A stretch of 63,892 nt of DNA from NCBI RefSeq assembly GCF_001194135.2, contig NC_068992.1, positions 26,642,311 through 26,706,202 of the forward strand. Direction: 5' to 3'. The notes beneath the pieces were generated by a model. The model made no database searches and was not told the origin of the DNA. It saw nothing but the letters and a program-made list of their open reading frames with translations. Both the position numbers and the translations under genes were made by a program. Source of the DNA: Octopus bimaculoides (taxonomy: Eukaryota). This document shows positions 51,538 to 63,892 of this stretch, one piece after another (within the stretch, counting starts at the first letter, position 1; each line of letters opens with the position of its first letter).

Positions 51538-52229
51538 ATATATATATATATATATCAAGAGAGAGAGAGAGAGAGGCAGACACATAGATAGATACATACA
51601 TAATATAAACATACGTTGCATATAAATATACACACACGCAAACGCACACATATATATATATATACACATATATACATATGTACGTGTGTTGTATGTATTG
51701 TAGTTGAGTGTGTGCGTGTGCTTATAATATTTAAGACAGTGTCTAATTATATAAAAAAAGCATTTCTGTCATATGAGCTTTGTTGAGTTTTACACATTTT
51801 CAATTTACTTATATATATAATTAGTGAAAATGTTTATTTCTTTTCTACTATGAAAAATTAATGATCACTTACGTTTCAATGCCCTTTCTAAGTGCAAAAG
51901 TTACAGTGATATTCAAAATATGGTAATATTCACTCATAGCACGTGCTAGATAAAATGTTAGACTTAACGTCCGGGTATGCCATAATCACTGACATTTTCA
52001 ATTTGTACATGCATTTTACAGTTATTGCTATTAGTTGGTGTTATATTTATGAATATTATTGTATCTTAAAATGTTATATTACTAATGTTCTTATTGTTTC
52101 ATGCTTCCTTTTCGATATACATTATATAAAATATTCGTTAACCTTTTGAGCAAAAGTGAGATATTCATATGTGAGTAAATGCCATTATATTGGATGCGCA
52201 TTTCCTAATAATGTAATGTTAAAACCTAT

Positions 52230-53690
52230 CTCGTGATTTCGTTCATAAAATTCCCAGCCTATTATTGCTTGTAAGTGTGTGAATATCATTATTACATGTT
52301 GTTACTGTATTAGACAGCAGAAACCGTTGCAGACAAAGCACACCAAAATATTTGCTATAGCTGCCTTTGATCGGAGTTCTAATGCTACCGAAATCAAACT
52401 TGCTTTCCAATATTTCGGGATTGTTAAGATAATGTACCAAAATGCTCAGGGTGATGGTTCTTCTTGGACCAACAGCCGGATTACTAACTCCCACGTAGAA
52501 AGGTATGCGTTTGCAATCCAGGCACAAGAAATACCAACCAGATACCTGATGCACAAAAGGACAGAGACGCAGGAGAAACATCAAAATGCGAAAACCGATA
52601 CAGACTTTGCAGAGTTAACACCGAAAATATAATCCACAGGAAAGACTTGTAGGTACAGTATACTTCGTTATGCATAACGAAGTACCACGTACCTACAAAT
52701 CTTTAATGTTTACATACCAGCCCCGGGAATGACTAGTATGTAAATTGGTATATCCAATAATTTAACACCGCTGTATGCGCTGGATATATAGGCAATGTGT
52801 TCGGAGGCAATAGTGGGTTGTATGACTGCATAAGAATGGGCAACAACCGGGGAAATATGGCATTTACGCTCGTTACCCACGTTTGTCCTCGATCACATTG
52901 TCTGTTTACAGCTAACGTCTCGATACGAAACGTTGTAGCAAAAATCAGTGTTGGCTATACGTTCTATAGAACATCTGTGGAAATAACCTTAACAAAAATA
53001 CCCACAGCTTAAGCAAGTTTCTGAAAATGTCATCACGGTGTTATCTAACAATGAAATATGATGTTGCAGCTAGGACTCTGTATAATGAGATCCGTCGGAA
53101 AGATAACTCGGAGGACAATGAAATAAGAACCACAGTATGGTAGAAGCAATAGTCACTGATGATATAAAGGAGTACTGGTGGGATGTCCCAGTGAAGACCT
53201 CAATACAATGTAAACACATTAGACCTGACATAGTAATTTGGGATAGAAAAGACAAACTGTGTACAGTTGTGAAAATCAGCTGTCCAACAAATGTTAACAT
53301 AAGGCTAAAGATCAGCGAAAAATAGAATACCTACGCTGAAATATCGAAGGATTGACAGCTACTGTATCTAGATTACAAGTTCAGGTTTATACCTATAATT
53401 ATTGGGGCACTTGAATGTGTAACACACTGCAGAAATATATTCTTGAGAAATTAAGTTTCTCAAAACCAGAATGGAAAACGCTGATTCGAAAACTAAATAT
53501 CCAAGCCATTACTGGAACTGTAAAAAATATGTAAAACTTTCCAGAAGTTTATCATTTAAGTAGATATGAGCATGTCTAAACATGCAACTATATGCATGAT
53601 TCCAACGAAGAAGCCTTGGATCTAGGTTAGAAACCGGCTCCTCCATCCAACGGTAAGGTATCTTGAAATAAAATTGAATAAGGACATAAA
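52230..53690 (+). mobile_element. RLE-type non-LTR retrotransposon 3' fragment (R4/Dong-related, different family), with an internal insertion
   Basis: Gives HVERYAFAIQAQEIPTRYLMHKR, RLCRVNTENIIH, KMSSRCYLTMKYDVAARTLYN, YWWDVPVKTSIQCKHIRPDIVIWDRKDKLCTVVKISCP (RLE) and FIPIIIGAL; followed by (TACA)n. Confidence 0.87.
52640..53001. mobile_element. Unclassified 362-bp insertion with 6-bp TSD (ccacag) and terminal hairpin
   Basis: ccacag at 52634-52639 and 53002-53007. Removing the insert and one ccacag copy rejoins ENIIH-SLSKFLKMSSR in frame. Confidence 0.7.
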
Positions 53691-54414
53691 TGCATACGAC
53701 ATATATACATACATACATACAAACCTACAGAAAAAGATAGATAAATGGGTACATAGATAGATGGATAGATAAATGTGTGTATGTGTGTGTGTGTGTGTGT
53801 GTGTGCTTGTGTACATACACGAACATATACGTCATACAGATGTACACGCCAACACTCGTACATCAAGCTCATCCATAATGAAAGCCAAAGCTTAACCCAT
53901 ATAAACACCGGCTTGCACATACAAAAAGCTACGCAAGAAATATGGAACATTAAAACACTAGGTCATGCATACAAGAACACACAAACACACCCGCACACAA
54001 AACCGTCCATGCACGCGCACACACGCCCACACATTCATGTATTCCTGCCAAGAACCGGAACTACTATTATACTGAAAAATTAGCCTTTAAGAATAGCTAT
54101 CTAAACCACACAAATATCAAATATGAGCACACATTCATATACACTATACCAGTAAATCAGTGTACCGAAACTTTACATATGCGCATACAATAAGGTCACA
54201 CTCATGATCTAAGTGTGATCATTCTTACCGCTGAAAGTAATGCAGTACGATAGCTCTTCATAGAGCAACTCCATACTAAGAGAATTACCTGTTCAGGCCA
54301 GCAAGTGTAATTATTTGAATTATAGCTTCTACACCATTATACTGAATCCTTTCCCAATACACACACACACACACACGGGCACATTCACATAATCAGAGAG
54401 ACACACCACACATA

Positions 54415-54968
54415 CCTTTTATACTTTACCTCTGTCAGTCATAAGACTGCAGCGCACCGCCTTGATGGGTCTTTTTTTTAAAGGAATAGACCCCGACACA
54501 TTGTTTTAAGAGGGCACTTAGGCTATCCGTCACTTCGGCCGAAAAGCCAGTTACTACTACCTAAACATACCAACCCCAGTTGTTAAGCGTAGTAGTGAGG
54601 GACAAACGTAGGCCCAAAGACAGACATACATGCACATACATGCACTAGCACACACGCATGCGCACACGCGCACACATGTAAACGCGCACACATGTATGCG
54701 CGCACACACACACGCAGTCACAGACACATATATATATAAATAAATTACACACGCACGCAGACACAGAGACATATATATATATATATATAATTATATACAC
54801 ATAAACACACGAAGAGTTTCTTTCTGTATCCATCTATCAAATCCACTTACAAGGCCTTGGTCGGCGTGAGGCAATAGTACAAGACACTTGCCCATGATAC
54901 CACGCTGTGAAATTGAACTCGGATCCATCTGGGTGGCGAGGAAATTTCTTACTACTCTGCCACATACC
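54415..54968 (-). mobile_element. SINE family B, older copy with expanded internal CA-rich microsatellite
   Basis: 3' module at 54415-54610, about 200 bp of CA-rich repeat, CORE-like 5' half at 54811-54968. Confidence 0.75.
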
Positions 54969-55011
54969 ATATATAACTACATACAATATGTATATATATA
55001 TACATACATAC

Positions 55012-55400
55012 AGGAGTGGCTGTGTGGTAAGTAGCTTGCTTACCAACCACATCGTTCCGGGTTCAGTCCCACTGCGTGGTACCTTGGGCAAGTGTCTTCT
55101 ACTATAGCCTCGGGCCGACCAAAGCCTTGTGAGTGGATTTGGTAGACGGAAACTGAAAGAAGCCCGTCGTATATATGTATATATATATATATATGTGTGT
55201 GTTTGTCCTCCTAGCATTGCTTGACAACCGATGCTGGTGTGTTTATGTCCCCGTCACTTAGCGGTTCGGCAAAAGAGAACGGTAGAATAAGTACTAGGCT
55301 TACAAAGAATAAGTCCTGGGGTCGATTTGCTCGACTAAAGGCGGTGCTACAGCTTGGCCGCAGTCAAATGACTGAAACAAGTAAAAGAGTAAAAGAGTAT
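55012..55400 (+). mobile_element. SINE family B, full length, well preserved
   Basis: aggagtggctgtgtggtaagtagcttgc..accttgggcaagtgtcttctactatagcctcggg..gtaaaagagtaaaagagt. Confidence 0.96.
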
Positions 55401-55409
55401 ATATATATA

Positions 55410-55469
<60 letters not shown>

Positions 55470-57624
55470 CTTGTGTGTGTGAATAAATCGTAGAGAACAT
55501 TTTATTGCTGAAGCATAATAGCCATGCTATAAGAAAATGAATAAATCTATTTCCAACATATCCTGCATTCAATAACGAATGCTTTAATACTTGTGGACTG
55601 ACATGATCACGAGTTGTGTGTAGGATGTAATGGGAAGGGGTGGCGTATGTGAGTTTGTGTGTCTGTTTATGTGCGTATATGTGTGTGAGTGTGCTGTGTC
55701 TGCGTGTGTATGATACCAAACTCTGATTTAATAATTGTTGTTTAGATATAAATTAATATTTACCAAACTATAATTATGTTTTATTATATATTTAATTTTT
55801 ACTTTTAAACATCGATCTATCTCGTAATTGGTATAACTATTTCAACTGAAAGAGTTATATCTTATATATTCGTCTTTTGACCTTAGAATCGAAATTTTAT
55901 GAGAAATATCTGATTGTGCATCATGTTATTTAGTTTACTTATGCTTAGTCTAATATGTTTATATGTTTAATATGTTTATATTTGTTTTCCGCGAGTGTTT
56001 TCCCATTCTTATTTATATCTCAAACTTCATAGAATTATAGTTTCTATACGTTTATATTGTTATCTTCTCATTTCATACGTATATATTTCAAATGCTTAAA
56101 AAAGACCTCTAGTTCTAACTATTAAAATTTGAAATTAAATGCACAACACATAAAGTTAAGCAAATTTAAATTATTATTTAAACGTTTGAAAATGCTCTTA
56201 TTAATATTAGATGAAATGTTTTAAACTGCTGATATTGTTAACGTATAATATTACTAGAAACTGAAAAGTTATATCTAAACATGTGAAAGAGACTGCAGCT
56301 GCAGATAAACTAGATCCTTAATTCCAAAACAATGACGTTATGTAGATTAATTTCTTATTAAGTAAACTATTTATATATTAAATTCCCATCAATTGTATAT
56401 GTAAATAATACGCTTTCATAATTATTTATGAATTTCGAAATTTAGACAGAAAATAATGAAGCAAAATGTTCAAAAAATGTTCTGTTATTGTTACTTCTTA
56501 TTCATAATATGGGAATACATGAATACATGTTCACGATGAGAATATATATATATATATATATATATATACACGTGTGTGCGTATATATGTATATATACGTA
56601 TATAGATGTATATACATGCAGACGCATTCTATTCGAAACATATAATTTCTTACATCGTATAATTCAGGAACACATGCATTCGAGAGTATTTTTGCATACG
56701 CATCTACACTTCAAACAACCCCATACACAAACACAAACACACACATATACGTGTGCATATTTGAATGCATATATACATACGTGTACGTGTATATATATAT
56801 ATATATATGTACACATGTTTATATACGCAAATGCACGCATATTCTCATGTATATGTGTAAGCTGTTATATGTAAATTTTGCCCATTTTGTAATTTAAGTG
56901 CGCTTAATGTAGTTTGGTTTATTTATTTATTCCATTACAGCATACGAATGTACATGCATAAGTAGAAATGAGTATGTGTGTGCACGTGCGTGCGTGTGCG
57001 TATGCGTGCGTTTGTTGCATATGTGTGTGTGTGCGCGCGCGCGCGTGGACGTGCGGGCGTCTGTGTGTGTGTGTTAGTTCTTTATTGCCCAAACTCTACT
57101 TACTGAATCTAAAAACGACTCAGAATGCGAACAGAATTAAAACATCTATTGTTACTGAAAAAGAACATTCGAACGATTATCTACAAAATAGGATTGCTTA
57201 ATGTAATATTAAATATATATTACTTCCATAATTACACACCGCATTTCAATTTCATACGCTATATTTAGTCCCTTCGTTCCATGGAATATGGTGAGAGCTA
57301 TATGCTGGATTTTAGTATGCGCATGAGGTCTTCGTAATCTATTTTTGATATTATATATTATCTTAATTACACAAGGCCCTATTGAACTTATGTTTAATCA
57401 TAAATCATGTATATATGTATGTATAGGAATAGTTTGGGAGATAGGAAATTTAATTTAAAAACGTGGTTCCACGTCCACTTTAACTGCGTGGCAAATTAAA
57501 CAATTATTTCCCTAGGAAGGTTTGAAATAACTGATAAATTACGAGAATTCAGTGGAGGGGATACTGTAAGGTATCCCATCATCTATTCATATATCTAGGT
57601 ATATGTGTATATATCTTTAATAAT

Positions 57625-57675
57625 TTGTTTTACATGGTTCAGCCATTAGACTGCAGCTTTTCTGGTGCACCGCAC
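57625..57675 (-). mobile_element. SINE family B 3' tail fragment
   Basis: tttacatggttcagccattagactgcagctttctggtgcaccgc is the reverse complement of the family B tail. Confidence 0.6.
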
Positions 57676-57696
57676 ATATGTATACACAGACACATA

Positions 57697-57744
<48 letters not shown>

Positions 57745-57745
<1 letters not shown>

Positions 57746-57935
57746 ACCACTGAACGTAACACGTTTTTTTCCATTTTCTCTATTCATTTCCTCTTATCCC
57801 TTTCTGTCGAAGAGCGTAGGCTCGAAATGTAAGAGATTTTTTCCATTTTTCCCGAGCATCAAATTAATACCCTTGCTTGTTGTTCCTACACCTGTCTTCG
57901 TGTTTGATTTTCTTCCTATAAACTTGAACTGTGCA
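57745..57935 (+). mobile_element. Putative Penelope-type non-autonomous repeat or pLTR inserted next to (TA)n
   Basis: Contains ctgtcgaagagcgtaggctcgaaa (hammerhead-like architecture) in a pyrimidine-rich context; abuts (TA)n at 57700-57742. Confidence 0.5.
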
Positions 57936-58086
57936 TAAGGTCCTTCTAGGATGTAAAGTTAGTGTATTTCCAGAAAGGCCCTCGCCCCGAATACTAGGCT
58001 AACACCACTGTCAGGTTCCAATCCGAAGCCGGAATTCTTGTATACATATACGTGTTTATGTGTGTGTGTGTGTGTGCGCGCGCGCG

Positions 58087-58133
<47 letters not shown>

Positions 58134-59019
58134 ATGTGTGTACCCCAGTACTATATTAAATAGCTACATGCTTGCGTACTTCCCTCGGCTTTGTGAATTA
58201 AAACATATATGTGCATACGTATATTTATATGTATACATGGATATGTATAAATACGATGATATTAATCAATGTACGAGGAATCTCACTGTTCAATAGAATA
58301 GTCACTGCATGTGCCTTATACACAGCTGGAGTAAAGGAAATAACCTTTGCCTAAGAACGCATTTCTCAACAAGAATTCAGCGAAGATTGCTTTCTGCAAA
58401 CCACACAGGCACGCACTTATACACAGACGCGCGCACATACACACACACAGACATACATACCCACACGCTTACGCACGTACATATGCATGCAGTTATATGT
58501 ATGTATTTATATGTACATATGTATATACCAAGAATTAGGAATTTTAAGTTCAAATTCACTTGTGCACTACCATGTGTTTTCTACACTGAGCATTTCTAAC
58601 TCTCATGTATCGTTTGTATATTTATGTATACGCATGTATTTTTACATATATGAGTCTATGTGTGTATGTCTGTGTGCGTACTTGTAGCAAATATGTACAT
58701 TCTTCAGTGGTGGTTCACATATGTCTAATGAGTTCAATAGATCTTTAACACACATTATATATACGAATATAACCAAACTCTTACGACCGTACAACATAAT
58801 TATAAACTTACCCGAAATATTTTTATAACGAACCAAGAGGTTACAACAGCAAGCAAAAAATCAAAAAAAAAAACAACGAAGCTGCTGTATTTGATGAAAT
58901 TACTGTTGAAAATCTGGTTGATTGCAGCTGGTGTGATCAGAAAATGCTACAAAGTTAACAAGAAAGAATCGTTGGGGAATTTGAACTGCAATAACTGCAG
59001 TCAGTGCCTGCAAAAGTGT

Positions 59020-60215
59020 TTCTAAACAGGTTGAAAGAGGATACGGATGCTGCATTACATGAGATTCAAACTGGGTTTTGTAACAACTGATCGTACACTT
59101 CATTCGCAGAAACATATTTGAAATGTGTATAAAAGACTGTTGAAGTTAATATTTTCCTTGTAAGAAGGCATTTGATAGTGTCCTCAGAGAGTGCTTGTGG
59201 AGAATTGCCTTGCACTAGGGCATCCCTGAATGTTTTGTCAATATATTTAAAGAGAATTTTATTCAAACTCAGGATGTTATGTTCGAACTGAAACAGGGAA
59301 TACAGACTTATTCCACATCCTTATTGGCTTGAGACAAGACTGCATTTTGTCGATTCTACTGTTCCTACAGTTTTTGTCCAATAGAGAACAGCACTCCTAC
59401 CCGATGGAGGAATATCATAAAAACTAAAAACTAAACTGAAAGAGCGAGATTTTGCTGATGACATGATAAGAACCTACAATTGCTCACGTCAGAGCTAGAA
59501 CAGAAAGCTGAAAAAATTGGTCTGAGAATCAGTATGAAGACCAGAACAATAAACACTACAAATGATGACTGTCAAACAACAATCCCAAAGTTCAATCAGC
59601 AAAACATCGAGTCGACAGATTCACATATCAGAGTAGTGTCATCAGTATCAATGATGATACTGAGACTAAAATCAACCATGGAATTGATAAAGCTGCGGCG
59701 GTGTTCCAGAGAATGAGCACTGTGTGGTCGTCCAGCGCCATCAGATTACACACAAGATCCGGCTGTATAATGCTACCAGAAGTTCTCTATACTAAGTACA
59801 CATAGAAGGACATCGTTAAAATAGACAGGAAACTAGATGATTTCAGTCAAAGATGCTTCAGAAGCATTCTGAAAATGCGCTAGCAAAACAACGTAACCAA
59901 CGAAGGCTTTCTAAAGTGAGCCAACAAAAGATCACTTAACGAAATCATGACGGAATGAAGACTGAAGCAAACAGGTCCTATGCTTTAGCTACAAGGAGAA
60001 AGCTATTCTAAAATAGTTTTCATCAGGGCACCACAAAGGAGAAACAGAAAGAGAGGTAAAGAGAAAATTACGTGAAGCAGAACATTCATAACTTACATGA
60101 GAAAGACCAATATTGCATAGGCGCTTGTACAGATACCTTCAGCTAGCAGTAGCCAGTGGCGTCAGCTAAGCTGATGTATGCACTCGAGAGCACAGGAGGA
60201 ATTTAGGAACTGATA
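59020..60215 (+). mobile_element. RTE-clade LINE 3' fragment (decayed RT to 3' end)
   Basis: Gives KAFDSVLRECLWRIAL..GIPECFVNI, GLRQDCILS.LLF, ERDFADD, KAEKIGLRIS..KT, AAAVFQRMSTVWSS..RLYNA, QRCFRSIL, QWRQL. Confidence 0.88.
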
Positions 60216-60406
60216 CTGTTACTGGACATATTCCTAGTACCTAGTATAATAGTGGGAATTTTAATTTGATTTGCATTTCTTTCTTTGGTATGTTATATCA
60301 GTTTTATATTTGATTTCAAAGATTCTCGATATGAACTCATGTATTGAAATATAGTATGTTATACTTAGAGCGGGTCATTATGCTAATAATAAACACACGT
60401 TCTACC

Positions 60407-60477
60407 TGAATTTTACTTCTGTATTTTTATTTTTGGATGTTAACCATCGACAAATAAAAATACAGAAGTAAAATTCA
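60407..60477. repeat. Hairpin with perfect 26-bp arms and 19-nt loop
   Basis: tgaattttacttctgtatttttattt / aaataaaaatacagaagtaaaattca. Confidence 0.93.
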
Positions 60478-60996
60478 CTATTTAACCAATTATTTAATCG
60501 TCTGATTAATTGTTCACTCAGTACGCTGAGTTTTTCAAATCCTTTCTTCGGTATTCTAAATCATTAATCAAACAATCGATAACTTAATTGGTTAAACGGT
60601 TAAACAACTGACTGTTAGAATACTGTATGGGAATTGAACCAATGCGTGTGTTAAATGTTAGTTAAATGACCCTCCTGGGACACAACAAATCGTTTATTAC
60701 TAAGTCTTTAATTTTTCCACATGATTAACATTAGTATCGAATGTTTACCTCAAAACTTTAGTACACTAAATATTATTCGAATTCACTGTTAATGTTATGT
60801 TGATTTCATTTCATAATGAGACAGATGTTAAGATTAGTAATATATTTTGCTTTCTGTTAGAAACACTCCACTATTATCGGAATTATTTACTATTAGTAAG
60901 TGTTGTTATATTGCATATATCATAAATTATAATTGGCATAACAGACATATCTTATAACAAAATTAATATTGTTAACAATAATCATCGAAATGATTA

Positions 60997-61210
60997 AGGC
61001 AATGACGTGACAGAATCGTTAGCACGCTGAGGAAAATGCTTAGCAGCATTTTTTTCTGTCTTTACGTTCCGAATTCAAAATCCGCCGAGGCTGATTTTGT
61101 CTTTTATTCTTCCAAGTAGATAACCTTAAGACCAGTTGAGCTCCGGGGTCGATGTAATCGACTTAACTCGTTCCCCGAGATTGCTGCTTTCATGACAAAA
61201 TTTGAAGCCT
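60997..61210 (+). mobile_element. SINE family A
   Basis: gacagaatcgttagcacgctgaggaaaatgcttagc..aaatccgccgagg..cggggtcgatgtaatcgact..aaaatttgaagcc. Confidence 0.88.
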
Positions 61211-62479
61211 ATCATCATTGAACGGATTTATAAAGTAATTCTATGAATTAGATATTCTTTCTAATGTAAGCCATAAACCAAGCATTTTGATGAGTGCGGT
61301 CAGAAGACCAAATCAACGGGTACTTTTTTTCCGGAAATATGAAAGGCAATGCTGACATTGTCAAGGATGGAAATGAAAACGTATTACCAAATATCACAAA
61401 ATATTGCCTCAGCCTTCTTATGAAAGTGATTGGCAATCCGCTACTCTACCCTTGTAATGTATCGTAATAGTAATAATAGAGAATAGACGAATTTCATTAA
61501 GATTTCATTAGGATAAATACATATATACATATATATATGTACACAAACACACACACATATATATGTATGTATGTATGTATGTATGTGTATATATATAATT
61601 AATGTTATTAATAAAGCTTGTTTCTACATTTATTATCCAATATTCCGAAGCTATAATAATTATATGAATTTAGAGCAATAATAATGTACCAATTATATTA
61701 GAATTATGTTTTCTTGGAGAACCGACATCAGAAACGTCTACTAACCCTGAAATAGGTAACTATCCCAAGGTATTAATATTACGGATTTCGTGGTCATGAA
61801 AGTGATTCTGACTATTTTCAGGCACGGAGGGCTCAATAATTAAAGGATAAACATCAACTAATTATGATTTCGTGTATTTATAATGAAATACGGTTACGAT
61901 TAGTCTTTTGTGTGTTTTTCAGGAATTTTATTATTGCATCTTTTCTCCCTCACCTTGGGGTTCTAGATTAGGGACACCTTGGTGCCTTAAGTTTATCCCA
62001 ATATATGAACGTAGGGTAGAATTCTGTTCTAGTAATTACATTGTTAACAGAACAAGTGCCACACTTTAAAACATAGTACAGGGGCCAATATTTCAACTAA
62101 AACTTTTTAAGGCGGATTTTAGCCCAGCATGAGTTCAGTTCAAATTCTGAACAAATAAAAGATACACGAATACTTACACACAAACACACACACATACACA
62201 CACTTTCTCTCTCACACATTATATATATATGTGTGTGTGTATGTGTATGTGTGTATGTGTATGTGTGTATGTCTGCATATATGCATGCATACACGTATTT
62301 ATGTATGTATGTATGTATGTATATATATGGTTGCCGATTTTTGTCTTTGAATGTGAAGAAAACTTTGCGTAGAATATTCTTTGTTTTGATAAATAAGCAT
62401 TTCCCTTATACCTATCAACATACGAATAGTTTCAATACACGCTGAGGTTTGCATACATTCATATACGTTACTATATATA

Positions 62480-62890
62480 TATAATACAAAATGGGACAAG
62501 AACGCAAAACATCCAGATAGTTAGGTGATACAAAAATGGGACAACAGAACATCCAGATAGACGATACAAAGAAAACAAGGATGGTCATTCGGAGTTTTCT
62601 TTCCTCAATCGAGTTCCATATTATCTTTGCAATTTCTGCTGGTTATACTCGATATTGCTCCAATCTGGCCAGCCCCAAGGAAAAACTAAGCTAAGAGCAT
62701 TAAATTCTTTGGATGAAAGCAACGAATGTATACGAAAACAAGGACGGAAAAAAACAGAGAATGTTACACAAATACAAATAACTGAACATAACAACAGGTG
62801 TCTTTCGACTGAGGACGAATTAAATTAAGCTGGCGTGTGTGGAAATAAAGGCTTACTGCAGGGATACAAGATTTCACAGGCACAATATAT
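62480..62890. mobile_element. Probable interspersed repeat, class uncertain (possibly Penelope-associated)
   Basis: Follows (TA)n; internal duplication tacaaaa(a)tgggacaa..aacatccagatag x2; tcga(c/t)tgagga occurs once on each strand. Confidence 0.35.
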
Positions 62891-62942
62891 GTATATGCTC
62901 GTATATATTATTTATTTACACATGTATACAAGTATCTATGCA

Positions 62943-63050
62943 TATATATCAAGTTTATTTTCTTCTGCACATATATCAAGTTTATTTTCTTCTNNNNNNN
63001 NNNTCAAGTTTATTTTCTTCTGCACATATATCAAGTTTATTTTCTTCTGC
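62943..63050. repeat. 27-bp tandem repeat spanning a 10-N gap
   Basis: cacatatatcaagtttattttcttctg repeated on both sides of the gap. Confidence 0.9.
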
Positions 63051-63836
63051 ACAACGCTCGCTGAATGCAATTGCTCTTTATTATCTTCGACTTCCAATCA
63101 TTGTCTTCTCAATGAAATTTCTAAGTAATTGCTCAGTTTACACGAACTAGCAGGCAGTCCTCCCTTCAAACTCTTAAATAACAGTTTACTATCATCTATA
63201 CAGTAGCACACTTATATGCATTGAAATATAAGTTATTCATACAAGAAATTCATTTCATAAATCCGCTCCATTAGAGTTAATATATGTCAAATCATCACCA
63301 ACAACAAAAGCGTTTATAAAGACATTATATAAAACAACAGTCATCTTTTTTTTTTATGTGTGTAGGCCACTATGTATTTCGTTAGTACGTTTCCTTATTT
63401 TCCTCCCCGTCTTATTGAATTATTGCTTTTTTTTTAGACGTTGATTTCGTTCTTTGTTCTTTCTCTTCACATATTTCTCTCTATCTTTTGAAAACTCATA
63501 AAGGCTCTAACTATTCATTATATACTTCTTACAACTTACCGTCCCTTGTTTTATTCGGCATACTTCGTTTGCCATTCTTTTCCAATAATTGTTTTCCCCT
63601 AGCGTTAATAATATATTAGATTTCCTTAATAAATATAGATATTACAAAATCAGCCGAAATAAATGTGTTGTCAAGGTAATATTTAACGATTATCTTCACT
63701 AGACATTGTGTTCGTTCTCTTTCTCTTATTCTCATCTATTGCCAGCTTCGTTGATATTTTATTCTGCAGTCAATTTCTTGTTGATTTTTATGATGGTTCC
63801 ATAGTTAAATCCAATAAAAGAAAATCTGTATTCATC

Positions 63837-63892
<56 letters not shown>

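Noticed and set aside
52659-52685. loxP-like appearance of atacttcgttatgcataacgaagta
   Set aside because: It differs from the loxP arms (ATAACTTCGTATA) and has no 8-bp asymmetric spacer; it is simply a palindrome within the insertion.

Overview
This is an AT-rich, repeat-dense eukaryotic window with seven assembly gaps, most of them next to microsatellites. The SINE families and the density of (TA)n/(CA)n/(AAT)n repeats are most consistent with an octopus or other coleoid cephalopod genome; that assignment is an inference. I found no recognisable host protein-coding gene, rRNA, tRNA or CRISPR array. Almost every ORF in the track is either a microsatellite artefact or a transposable-element relic. 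The recognisable content is: about 25 tRNA-derived SINE copies or fragments (mainly two families, one with a CORE-like domain); three mariner relics, two Tc1/mariner MITEs and a hAT MITE; four restriction-like-endonuclease (R4/Dong-like) non-LTR fragments; two L1/Tx1-like fragments; one RTE and one CR1/L2-like RT fragment; a Penelope element with GIY-YIG and hammerhead-like motifs; and a Gypsy gag-protease relic. The most interesting structure is a 3.2-kb chain of different retroelements joined by (ATT)n tracts, an unclassified 362-bp insertion with a 6-bp TSD and a terminal hairpin, several nested insertions whose removal restores reading frames, hammerhead-like cores in Penelope-type termini, and several long foldback hairpins. 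I cannot support a claim of a wholly new biological system from this sequence alone.
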